From Candidatus Coatesbacteria bacterium (GTDB lineage Bacteria; JAFGND01): DNA of 35,744 nucleotides. How positions within the stretch are numbered: the stretch's first letter is position 1; every line of letters starts with the position of its first letter. Positions 27,415-35,744 of this stretch are shown here, piece by piece. The translations under genes were made by a program, and so were the position numbers. Below the pieces are notes generated by a model. It was not told where the DNA came from and ran no database searches. It saw only the letters and a list, made by a program, of their open reading frames with translations. The stretch spans positions 1 to 35,744 of the forward strand of contig JAFGND010000067.1 in the NCBI GenBank assembly GCA_016927185.1, written 5' to 3'.

Positions 27415-28329
27415 CTATCCCTTCATCAATGTCAATAAGGTTATTTCAGGCTGGCAATTGAAACGCACTGGAACAAATATCATCCCAATTCCCCTTGATA
27501 CATATACCCAGAAATCCTTCTGCTTTATCAATCCCTTGCAGTATTTATCTCCATATCTTGTTGGCAGAATGGGAGCTCCAATTAACGGCAAAATGACCTG
27601 ACCTCCATGAGTGTGACCTGATACTACAAGATTTACCATTCCATTGCCTATTTCCTCTGCCCATTCAGGATTATGGGATAGTACTATCTTGAATTCATCA
27701 CTGCTGTATGGAGAGAGAAGTTTTTCTGCATCAGAAGGTTCCTCCCACCAGTCTCCAGCACCAATCAGTCTTATATAAGATTTTTCTTTCATGCTGATAT
27801 CTGGTGAAGAATTGCTCCCATAAGATTGTTCCTCTTTATCTTTTTCCGTATATGATTTATCCCTGAAAATTTTTATGCTTCTATTGGTCAAATCAGTTAT
27901 ATCAGATTTAATCATCTCTTTTCTTACTAGTTTGCTTCCAATCCAGTGGTCATGATTCCCAAGAACTCCATAAATGCCATACTCAGCCTTCAAATCCTTC
28001 ATTATCTTGAAACAAGGTTTAATGTACTTCTTGTCATCATAAATATAATCACCTAAAGCAAGTATCAAATCAGGTTTCAGCCTGTTTACTTTTACTACAA
28101 CATCCTTAAGATAGTCAGTTCCTACATATCTGGAATGATGCAAATCAGTTACAAGTGCTATTGTAAATCCCGAAAAATCTTCAGGGAGCTCCTTGAAAGT
28201 AAGAGTTTCCCTCTCAATTACTACTGAATAAGGTTCAATGAATCTTGCATATCCACTGAGAGCAAGACCGCTTGTTATCAATGTACCAGCGGAAATGAGA
28301 AAAGACCTTCTTTTCAATCCAAGTATCAT
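27415..28329 (-). CDS. Calcineurin-like metallophosphoesterase (YkuE/YaeI family) with twin-arginine-like N-terminus
   Basis: DLH, GD, GNHD, SHNP, GHTHGGQ, SRGIG. KRRSFL motif; the ATG at 28329 overlaps the birA stop (ATGA); track start 28386. Confidence 0.9.
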   Translation of the reverse strand: MILGLKRRSFLISAGTLITSGLALSGYARFIEPYSVVIERETLTFKELPEDFSGFTIALVTDLHHSRYVGTDYLKDVVVKVNRLKPDLILALGDYIYDDKKYIKPCFKIMKDLKAEYGIYGVLGNHDHWIGSKLVRKEMIKSDITDLTNRSIKIFRDKSYTEKDKEEQSYGSNSSPDISMKEKSYIRLIGAGDWWEEPSDAEKLLSPYSSDEFKIVLSHNPEWAEEIGNGMVNLVVSGHTHGGQVILPLIGAPILPTRYGDKYCKGLIKQKDFWVYVSRGIGMIFVPVRFNCQPEITLLTLMKG

Positions 28330-28907
28330 ATCAGATAAATCCCTTCTATCTCCTTCTGGAAATAATCTGCTTTTTGCTCCATCCATTCAGTCCTTTTCTC
28401 AATCCACAATTCAAGCAGTTTGCCATAAATCTCATCAATATTATATGTTGACTTTTTATAATCAAGTAAGCTGGTAAACATGTACTTTTCAGGAAATGTA
28501 TTATTGATATTAATACCAAGACCTGCAATACTCCATTCAAGCTTTTCCCCCTGTATTGAACTTTCAACAAGAGCTCCTGCCAGTTTTTTACCATTAAGAT
28601 AAAGATCATTAGGCTTCTTGATTTTAACAGGTATATCATAGGATTTCATTACAAGCGAAGCTATGTAAATAATCCAGAGCGAATAGAGAGAAAGATGTGT
28701 AATGCTTATATTCCTGTCAAGTACTGAGAAATAAAACCCGCCCTTCTCTGATATCCATTTGCTGCTTCCCTTTCCTCTGCCTTCTGATTGAAAAGCCGCT
28801 CTAACAATTACTTTATCTTTCTCTGGATGAAGTCTTGCAAATTCCTTCAGAAAAGTATTTGTAGAATCAACTACAGAAAGAGTTATTAGTGTCCATGACC
28901 TGTCCAT
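28326..28907 (-). CDS. birA: Biotin-[acetyl-CoA-carboxylase] ligase (no HTH domain)
   Basis: VDSTN, QSEGRGK, KKPND, KKLAGALVE, GLGININ. Start uncertain (28907 or 28928). Confidence 0.87.
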   Translation of the reverse strand: MDRSWTLITLSVVDSTNTFLKEFARLHPEKDKVIVRAAFQSEGRGKGSSKWISEKGGFYFSVLDRNISITHLSLYSLWIIYIASLVMKSYDIPVKIKKPNDLYLNGKKLAGALVESSIQGEKLEWSIAGLGININNTFPEKYMFTSLLDYKKSTYNIDEIYGKLLELWIEKRTEWMEQKADYFQKEIEGIYLI

Positions 28908-30037
28908 ATGGCTTCCAGGGCATACCAAGCTTTCTTTGGTCTCACTTTATCAACATAACTGTCTTCATTCTGATTATTTTTCTCTATATAACATATACCG
29001 AAGAATTCATAATTTGCAAAATTGTCTGGCTGGGTTACAGTTGTATATCCAAACCTGTAATCCTGTTCAGACATGCTGCCACCATACCACCATCCATCAC
29101 AATAGCTGTTTATAAATCCACCAATTACTACATATTCAGCAGCTTCAAGGGAATTAGCATATTGACCAATCCATCTTGATTGTGTTTCTTCATCTGTTTC
29201 CCCGCCTGTTTCTGTTGTCTTGAATGAATCAATACCATATTCTGTAACGCATATAACCTTGCCTGATCTTCCGAATGCATTGGAAGCCTGACCTATAGGC
29301 CATCTGCCATCTGAGATGTTTATACCCCAGCAGTCAAGATAAGCCAGTTCTTCGTCAGAAGCTGAGAATTCCTTTTTTCCTATTTCCTCAATGCCGTAAT
29401 TGGCAGTCATAATTATATGCCCTTTTCCGGAATCATCCACTTCCTTTGCTGTTTTGGTAAGAAGAGCAAGCAGTTTGTACCAGTCTTTCCTGTCTCCCTT
29501 GTAATCCCTGTTAATGTTATTGCCTATACAGAAGCCAAGTAATCCATCATGATATTTGTATCTGACAACATATTCAATTAGTTCAGCTCTTATGTTTTCC
29601 TGGACAGAAGGGTTTCCAAGATTGGTTCTGGGGTCAACTGGAAAATCAAGGATTACATATATCGGTAGTGAATGATAGTTATAAGCTGCATCAAGCAAAT
29701 TGCTTGAAGATACCTTCAATGGAACCCTTATTGAAGTTGTTTTAATGCTTCTCATACTCTCAAAATCGCGATCTAGTATGCTTTTATCTTCAAGATAAGG
29801 CATGTCACCAGGAGCATATCCTATTGGAACTGGATTGTAAATGAAACCTCTTATAATATAACGCTGACTGTCAATATATAAAATCCTGTTTTTTATTGTT
29901 ATCTTTGTTGGAGGAGCTGTGAAAACTGCCGTTGTATCAGATAATTCATCCCATGCAGGATCATATGTATGGAAGTTATCGGCACAACCTGATACAATAA
30001 TGGCAATAAAAAAAACAATAAGTGTTATTCGTAACAT
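28886..30037 (-). CDS. Lipoprotein with clan GH-A (GH2-like) TIM-barrel domain
   Basis: Lipobox VSGC after the ATG at 30037 (AAGGAG RBS); IRGFIYNPVPIG, RDFESM, IGNN, TEYG, DGWW, EFFG; track start 30154. Confidence 0.68.
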   Translation of the reverse strand: MLRITLIVFFIAIIVSGCADNFHTYDPAWDELSDTTAVFTAPPTKITIKNRILYIDSQRYIIRGFIYNPVPIGYAPGDMPYLEDKSILDRDFESMRSIKTTSIRVPLKVSSSNLLDAAYNYHSLPIYVILDFPVDPRTNLGNPSVQENIRAELIEYVVRYKYHDGLLGFCIGNNINRDYKGDRKDWYKLLALLTKTAKEVDDSGKGHIIMTANYGIEEIGKKEFSASDEELAYLDCWGINISDGRWPIGQASNAFGRSGKVICVTEYGIDSFKTTETGGETDEETQSRWIGQYANSLEAAEYVVIGGFINSYCDGWWYGGSMSEQDYRFGYTTVTQPDNFANYEFFGICYIEKNNQNEDSYVDKVRPKKAWYALEAIWTGHGH

Positions 30038-30231
30038 AAAGTGATTTCGCTCCTTATAAAACTCAATAGAAGAACCAGAAATACCCATGAATAAGTCAAG
30101 TCTTTTCAGGAATGACAAGTAAGAATCATATGCAAATGCTTCTAATGAGCTCAAGTTAATATTTTACTTGACAGAGTATAACGTCTTGAGAACCAGCTTG
30201 AAAACCCAACTGAAGAAAGAAAGGAGAGTTT

Positions 30232-31431
30232 ATGCTTGGAGAAGCTGGAAGCAGGAGTGCAAGTGTGCGTTCTGATTGCTATATACTATTCAATTCTGAA
30301 GGTAACGGAAGGGAAATTAAACTGATAAGCAAAGTCCAGATCATGTATGGAAGAAGTATAATAGCACTTGTGAATGAAGTGCTTGATTTCTACAATATTG
30401 CAGACTGTACCGTACAAATAGAGGATCAGGGAGCATTACCTTTTGTTATTGCGGCAAGAATGGAGTGCGCGATTAAAAGAGCTTTACCGGATACTGAGAA
30501 TGAGTTCCTTCTTCCACTGCATAAAAGTTGCTGCTATCTTTCAAATAGAGACAGATTCAGAAGATCACGATTATATCTTCCTGGAAACCAACCAAAATTT
30601 TTCGTAAATGCTGGGCTTCACTGTCCTGATGGTATTATACTGGATCTTGAAGACAGTGTTGCCCCTTCAGAAAAGGATGCAGCAAGAATTCTTGTAAGAA
30701 ATGCATTGAGGGAAATAGATTTCAAGGGTGCTGAAAGAATGGTCAGGATTAACCAGGGCAGCATGGGTCTTGTTGATCTGGAGGCAGTTATACCTCACAA
30801 TGTACATCTTGTATTGATCCCGAAGGCAGAGAAAGCTGAGGAAGTTCAGCTTGTGGATGAAACAATAAGGCAAATGGTTCAGGACAGGGAAGTATTCCTT
30901 ATGCCCATAATAGAGAGTTGCTTAGGAGTAGAAAATGCATATGAAATAGCGAAGTCTGCCACTTCCATTGTTGCAATTGCCATAGGTCTGGAAGATTATA
31001 CTGCTGATCTGGGAACTCCCCGTTCTGAAGATGGCCTGGAGAGTTTCACTAGCAGAAGCAGGATTGTTAATGCTGCAAAAGCTGCAGGGGTACAAGCTAT
31101 AGATACAGTTTATAGCGATGTTGGAAATATGAAGGGATTATATGAGGATGTCAAGCTTGCCAAAAAACTTGGTTTCGAGGGAAAAGGTTGCATTCATCCA
31201 AGACAGATACCTGTAGTTCATCAGGGATTTGAACCTGACGCAAGGGAAATAGAGAAGGCATGCAAGATAGTCAGGGCTTTCCAGATTGCAAGCGATCAGG
31301 GATTGGGAGTAGTCTCTCTTGGAACTAAAATGATTGATCCACCTGTAGTCAAGAGAGCTATAAAGATAGTGGAAATAGCAAGGAAAATGAATTTGATTGA
31401 TGAAAACTGGATGGAAGGAGGTGCATTGTAA
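30232..31431 (+). CDS. citE: Fused citrate lyase acyl-carrier (CitD-like) and citryl-ACP lyase beta subunit (CitE)
   Basis: N-terminal EAG...RSDC...SKV..MYG..I...DQGALPFVIAAR (CitD-like), then RRSRLYLPGN, DLEDSV, IIES, GLEDY, GKGCIHPRQ, MIDPP. Confidence 0.88.
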   Translation: MLGEAGSRSASVRSDCYILFNSEGNGREIKLISKVQIMYGRSIIALVNEVLDFYNIADCTVQIEDQGALPFVIAARMECAIKRALPDTENEFLLPLHKSCCYLSNRDRFRRSRLYLPGNQPKFFVNAGLHCPDGIILDLEDSVAPSEKDAARILVRNALREIDFKGAERMVRINQGSMGLVDLEAVIPHNVHLVLIPKAEKAEEVQLVDETIRQMVQDREVFLMPIIESCLGVENAYEIAKSATSIVAIAIGLEDYTADLGTPRSEDGLESFTSRSRIVNAAKAAGVQAIDTVYSDVGNMKGLYEDVKLAKKLGFEGKGCIHPRQIPVVHQGFEPDAREIEKACKIVRAFQIASDQGLGVVSLGTKMIDPPVVKRAIKIVEIARKMNLIDENWMEGGAL

Positions 31432-32984
31432 TGGAAATGATAAAGAATGCAATAAACAGATATGTCCCTGCCCTGGTAAATGGCAAGGCAACAATTCCTT
31501 ACAAGGGAATTGGCAAGCATATACCGACTGGAAGAAAAGCAGCTCCCCCTATTGCCACATGCGCTCATTATCCATCTGACGGGAATAAGCTTGTCTCGTC
31601 TATAAGGGAAGCTTTGGAGAAATGTGAATTGAGAAGTGGTATGGTAATAAGTACGCATCATCATTTCAGGGATGGTGATCTGGTAGCTAATATAGTTTTC
31701 AAGGAAGCTGAGAAAATGGGTGTCAAAGACCTGGTATGGTTTCCATCAGCATCTTTCCCATGCCATGCACCAATTATAGAGCTTCTCGAGAATGGCGTAA
31801 TACATCATATAGAAGGCAGTCTTAACGGTCCGCTTGGTGATTTTGCCTCTAGAGGCAAGATGAAAGGGACAGCTGTTCTCCGTTCACATGGAGGGCGATA
31901 CAGAGCAATCCAGGATGATGACATACATATAGATATTACAATAATAGCAGCACCCACATCAGATCCTTTCGGTAATTCCAATGGAGTTGAAGGACCATCA
32001 GCATGTGGCTTGCTTGGTTTTGCACTTGCAGACAGCCAGTATGCAGACAGGGTGATTGTAGTTACTGCTAATCTTGTTCCGTTTCCATGCATTCCATGGC
32101 AAATTCAGGGAAATTATGTTGATTATGTTGTACAGATTGACAGGATAGGAATTCCTGAAAAAATAGTTTCAGGAACAACACAAATAACCAAAAGTCCTGA
32201 CAGGCTTCTGATTGCAGAGATGACAACCCAGTTCATGGTAGAATCTGGAATTGTTCATGAAGGTTTTTCAATTCAAGCAGGTGCTGGAGGAGTTTCTCTG
32301 GCGGTAATCGGACAACTCAAGGAATACATGAAGGAGAAAAATATTCATAGCAGATTCATGAGAGGAGGTTCAACTCAATACCTGGTAAATCTCCTTGAAG
32401 AAGGTTACACAGATTATATTCTCGATGGACAGACTTTCGATCTTGATGGCGTACGCTCTATGAGGGAAAACCCAAGACATGTCTGGACATCACCTTTTAC
32501 AAGCTACAATTATCATGGGAAGGGTAATTTCGCAGGGATGATTGATGCAACAATTCTAGGGGCAACAGAAATAGACCTGAATTACAATGCAAATGTAGTG
32601 ACACATTCAGATGGAAGGTTGCTTCACGGGATAGGAGGCTGGCAGAATTGCCTGTTTGGTAAATGTGTCATACTTACCGTACCAAGTTTCAGAGACAGGA
32701 TTCCCATCATACTTGATGAAGTGACAACAGTTTGCGGACCTGGAGATTTGATAGATGTCATTGTAACAGAAAGAGGAATTGCCATAAATCCGAGAAGAGA
32801 GGATTTGCTGGACAGTTTGAAGAATACACATCTTCCAATAAGGACTATTGAAGATCTGAAGGCAGAAGTTGAGGATATATGTGGAGGAGTTCCTGATAAA
32901 CCTGAGCTTTCAGACAATATCATTGCTGTTGTTGAATGGGTAGATGGTACTCTAATAGACAGCATAAAAGCCATTAATGATTAA
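31431..32984 (+). CDS. citF: Citrate lyase alpha subunit (citrate CoA-transferase)
   Basis: STHHHFRDGD, RSHGGR, QAGAGG, LGATEID, NANV, VTERGIAINP, DGTLID. Confidence 0.92.
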   Translation: MEMIKNAINRYVPALVNGKATIPYKGIGKHIPTGRKAAPPIATCAHYPSDGNKLVSSIREALEKCELRSGMVISTHHHFRDGDLVANIVFKEAEKMGVKDLVWFPSASFPCHAPIIELLENGVIHHIEGSLNGPLGDFASRGKMKGTAVLRSHGGRYRAIQDDDIHIDITIIAAPTSDPFGNSNGVEGPSACGLLGFALADSQYADRVIVVTANLVPFPCIPWQIQGNYVDYVVQIDRIGIPEKIVSGTTQITKSPDRLLIAEMTTQFMVESGIVHEGFSIQAGAGGVSLAVIGQLKEYMKEKNIHSRFMRGGSTQYLVNLLEEGYTDYILDGQTFDLDGVRSMRENPRHVWTSPFTSYNYHGKGNFAGMIDATILGATEIDLNYNANVVTHSDGRLLHGIGGWQNCLFGKCVILTVPSFRDRIPIILDEVTTVCGPGDLIDVIVTERGIAINPRREDLLDSLKNTHLPIRTIEDLKAEVEDICGGVPDKPELSDNIIAVVEWVDGTLIDSIKAIND

Positions 32985-33900
32985 TGAGGAAGAAATAATA
33001 CATAGCTGCGGCTTGCCCGTAAGGCAAGTCAAAGTGCTTAAGGAATTCAAGGCTTTCATGAATCTGGAAAGGGGAATGAGCAAGCTAACAACTGAAGCTT
33101 ATTTGAGAGATGTAATCAGATTTTTGAAACCCTTGAAAAAGGACTTGTCATCTGTAAAACCAGAAGAACTGGAGAAGTACATACATTTCCTGTATGATCT
33201 AGAGCTGGCAGCAAGTTCCATAAACAGGAACATCTCCTCGCTGAAATCCTTTTTCAAATTCCTTGTAGAAGAGGATCTACTGACAAACAATCCTTCAGCA
33301 AATCTTAAAGGACCAAAACTGCCTGAAAAACTGCCTCATGTACTGAGTATAGAGGAAATGCAACGCTTGCTTGAGATACCTGACATGAAGCAGATAACAG
33401 GAAGGCGTGACAGGGTTATGCTTGAAACTGCATATGCATGCGGATTGAGGGTAACAGAACTCATCAGCCTGGGAACAGATAACCTGTGGCTTGATGAAGG
33501 TTTCATTAGAATTGTAGGAAAAGGCTCAAAGGAAAGACTGGTTCCAATTGGAGATGAGCCAAAAGAGCTTCTTGCTGAATTTATATTAAGAGACAAGCCT
33601 TTGCTTCAGAAGGATCTTGCAAGCAAGAGAATATTCTTTAATGCACATGGCAGGGAGATTACAAGATTTGGATTCTGGAGAATACTGAAATCTTACATCA
33701 ACAAGGCGTCTCTTCCGGCAGAAACTTCTCCTCACACTCTCAGGCATTCATTTGCTACGCATCTCCTCGAGGGAGGAGCTGATCTGCGTGCAGTGCAGGA
33801 GATGCTAGGACATAGCGATATAGGAACAACACAGATATACACACATATAGATAAGGAATATATACGTGCAGAATACAAGGCATACCATCCAAGAGCTTGA
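32977..33900 (+). CDS. xerD: Site-specific tyrosine recombinase XerD
   Basis: RDRVMLETAYACGLRVTEL, GKGSKERLVP, SPHTLRHSFATHLLEGGADLRAVQEMLGH, TTQIYTH, YHPRA. Confidence 0.93.
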   Translation: MINEEEIIHSCGLPVRQVKVLKEFKAFMNLERGMSKLTTEAYLRDVIRFLKPLKKDLSSVKPEELEKYIHFLYDLELAASSINRNISSLKSFFKFLVEEDLLTNNPSANLKGPKLPEKLPHVLSIEEMQRLLEIPDMKQITGRRDRVMLETAYACGLRVTELISLGTDNLWLDEGFIRIVGKGSKERLVPIGDEPKELLAEFILRDKPLLQKDLASKRIFFNAHGREITRFGFWRILKSYINKASLPAETSPHTLRHSFATHLLEGGADLRAVQEMLGHSDIGTTQIYTHIDKEYIRAEYKAYHPRA

Positions 33901-34726
33901 AAATAAAACTGACCTGATTTATCTAATTCTGCCTCGTTCTTTGAAGGAGCTGACAAGGACAGCAGTGTTTCTTGTTATTGCGTTTTCAGCTTCTTTCCTG
34001 ACATATTATTTTTCTACAGGACTGGTTCATGAATTGTCAGTTATTGTAGATTACAACAGGACAATCAGAAGCAAGATGGATGAATCCTCCATAATATTAA
34101 TGCTTCTTGAAAGACTGAAAAGCAGGCAGATGATATCCGAACTTCCTGCAGAGATGAAAATAAATGAAAACAATATAATGAGTTATATTGGCTGGGAGAT
34201 AATGGAAAGAGATGAAAACAGCACGAAACTCAAGCTGAAAATTATTACAAAGGACAGGAATTTTATAGAAAGAAACGGCAAGCAAATAATAGAAAAGGTT
34301 GTCAGGAATTACAATGAATGGTTCATGTTAAGGCATGAAAGCAGGAAAGCAAGTATTGAGGATCAATATAATGAGATATATTTCAATTATTCTGCAAAGC
34401 TGGAGAATTTTCTTTATCCGCTTCTTGAAAGAAATCCGGGAAGACAGGAATTGCTTGACAGCCTTATACAGAAACAGACTGCAGATTCCAATATAGTGGT
34501 ATTTTTAGCTGATTTTTATAAAAAGCAGCATTTCTATATAAGTTATAACAAAATGCCTGCCGAGGTTTTTTATTACAAGCACAGTGATATAAAGAAAAGA
34601 ATTGCAGGAAAGGGAAGAAAACAGAATATAATAATTCTTCTGACAATAATATTTTCTGCACTCATTTTCAATGGTTTCATGAAATATTTTGATATAAAAA
34701 GAGACAGGGGGAACAGGAATGTATAA
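33866..34726 (+). CDS. Hypothetical membrane protein with N- and C-terminal TM helices (Wzz-like topology)
   Basis: Long ORF with hydrophobic segments AVFLVIAFSASFLTYYF and IIILLTIIFSALIF flanking a soluble region; start uncertain. Confidence 0.6.
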   Translation: MQNTRHTIQELENKTDLIYLILPRSLKELTRTAVFLVIAFSASFLTYYFSTGLVHELSVIVDYNRTIRSKMDESSIILMLLERLKSRQMISELPAEMKINENNIMSYIGWEIMERDENSTKLKLKIITKDRNFIERNGKQIIEKVVRNYNEWFMLRHESRKASIEDQYNEIYFNYSAKLENFLYPLLERNPGRQELLDSLIQKQTADSNIVVFLADFYKKQHFYISYNKMPAEVFYYKHSDIKKRIAGKGRKQNIIILLTIIFSALIFNGFMKYFDIKRDRGNRNV

Positions 34727-35327
34727 ATTAATAGTAATTTTAATGATCATATTGCTAATAGCAGGTTGTGCATCCATATCCAGAGTACATCCAAGGAGAA
34801 TGGATTTGAGGGAATTTTCCATAAATGATACACAAGTTGACAGAGACAGGATACAGCCTTACAGGGAAGATGATTATCCTTTTGATAAAAGGCTTTATAC
34901 AGATGAGAATATAGAGATTTCTTGCTGGACAGATGGAAGACGGTTTCTTTTCTATCTTGAGAACAAGACAAAAAGCGATATTAAATTCACATGGAATGAC
35001 TGGGAGTATCTGGATCCAAAAGACATGTCGCTGAAGGTGATTGGTAATGATGTTCAAAGCAAATCCAAACAGAATCCCGAGACAATTACTGTGCTTTCAG
35101 AGCAGAAAAGGACTTTCTGGTTTGCACCAGTTGTATTCAAGATGGATGAAAAAACCAAGCAGAAAGTGGCAATAGTATATACCAAGGGATTGTTTCTTGA
35201 AGAGGATTATGGCAAGGACATCTTGATAAAAGCTGTATTCACTATTAATGGAGTGATAAGAAATCTAAGATTCAAATACTGGATAGGGGAGGAAACAAGC
35301 ACTCAGGAAAAAAAGGACGATTTTTAA
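34719..35327 (+). CDS. Hypothetical lipoprotein
   Basis: Signal peptide MYKLIVILMIILLIAGC with lipobox IAGC; 8-bp overlap with the upstream ORF. Confidence 0.78.
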   Translation: MYKLIVILMIILLIAGCASISRVHPRRMDLREFSINDTQVDRDRIQPYREDDYPFDKRLYTDENIEISCWTDGRRFLFYLENKTKSDIKFTWNDWEYLDPKDMSLKVIGNDVQSKSKQNPETITVLSEQKRTFWFAPVVFKMDEKTKQKVAIVYTKGLFLEEDYGKDILIKAVFTINGVIRNLRFKYWIGEETSTQEKKDDF

Positions 35328-35486
35328 ATTACTTGGTAACCTCCTTTGTCAATTTTTTAGTGCTTCCATAAAGGAACTTTTGAATATAATTTAAAATTGG
35401 TGAACTACCATGCTTTTCAATCATCTATCTGAAGTAAAATCATTGAATATTAAAAGGAAGTTTGTAGTTTTCCAAAGGAGTAAAAA

Positions 35487-35650
35487 ATGAAATCATACAT
35501 GAAACCAGTAATAATTTCTGAAGCAATTTTAGAAAAGTAGCACTTCTTTGTATTGATTATATATATTATACCAAGGACTATGAAGGTTGCAAAGATGATT
35601 ATTTAGGAAGAGGAAAAGAACACACTATTTGTGCAGAATTATCAAGTTAA
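35487..35650 (+). pseudogene. Frameshifted paralog of the 9946-10113 peptide (pseudogene, sequencing error, or -1 frameshift gene)
   Basis: AAAGGAG RBS; frame 0 reads MKSYMKPVIISEAILEK* (TAG 35538-35540); the -1 frame from 35537 reads VALLCIDYIYYTKDYEGCKDDYLGRGKEHTICAELSS*. The joined 54 aa align without gaps to the first peptide. Confidence 0.8.
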
Positions 35651-35744
35651 TCAGCTTTAGAAACTAAAAAATAAATCAGTATTAACTTCCAGTAGAAAAG
35701 GCTTTTCTTTAGTAGAATTGTTCAATTTTTAACCTCACCCCGTC

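Noticed and set aside
32977-33900. Tyrosine recombinase as a phage or island integrase
   Set aside because: Motifs and the HPRA terminus are typical of housekeeping XerD; it is operon-embedded with no att or tRNA site.
1249-35057. Numerous 60-190 aa ORFs antisense to or nested within the called genes
   Set aside because: Shadow ORFs of well-supported genes, lacking motifs or RBS.
35730-35744. ACCTCACCCCGTC at the window end, possibly the start of another REP-like repeat
   Set aside because: Truncated; the second arm cannot be seen.

Overview
AT-rich bacterial chromosomal segment with no rRNA, tRNA or CRISPR array seen. Several secreted proteins carry T9SS/FlgD-like C-terminal domains, suggesting an FCB-related or candidate-phylum organism (inference). 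Contents: a B12-binding radical SAM gene; a sigma-54 module (histidine kinase and NtrC-type activator upstream of a -24/-12 promoter, a small tandem Cys4-repeat protein and glutamate dehydrogenase); a cyanophycin-synthetase-like protein with degenerate ligase motifs; a radical SAM plus GT2 glycosyltransferase pair; gmhB, apgM and a DraG-like gene; four secreted hydrolase/beta-propeller proteins; a housekeeping run (pgpA, gatB, rmuC, nnr, metallophosphoesterase, birA, GH-A lipoprotein); fused citD-citE with citF; xerD; and two envelope proteins. The most notable item is absent from the ORF track: a 55-aa RiPP-precursor-like peptide (9946..10113, minus; YxKPxI leader, C-x12-C-x13-C Tyr-rich core) directly downstream of the rSAM-GT2 pair. 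A paralog 28/54 identical lies 25 kb away (35487..35650, plus) and is split by a single-base frameshift at GAA AAG TAG.
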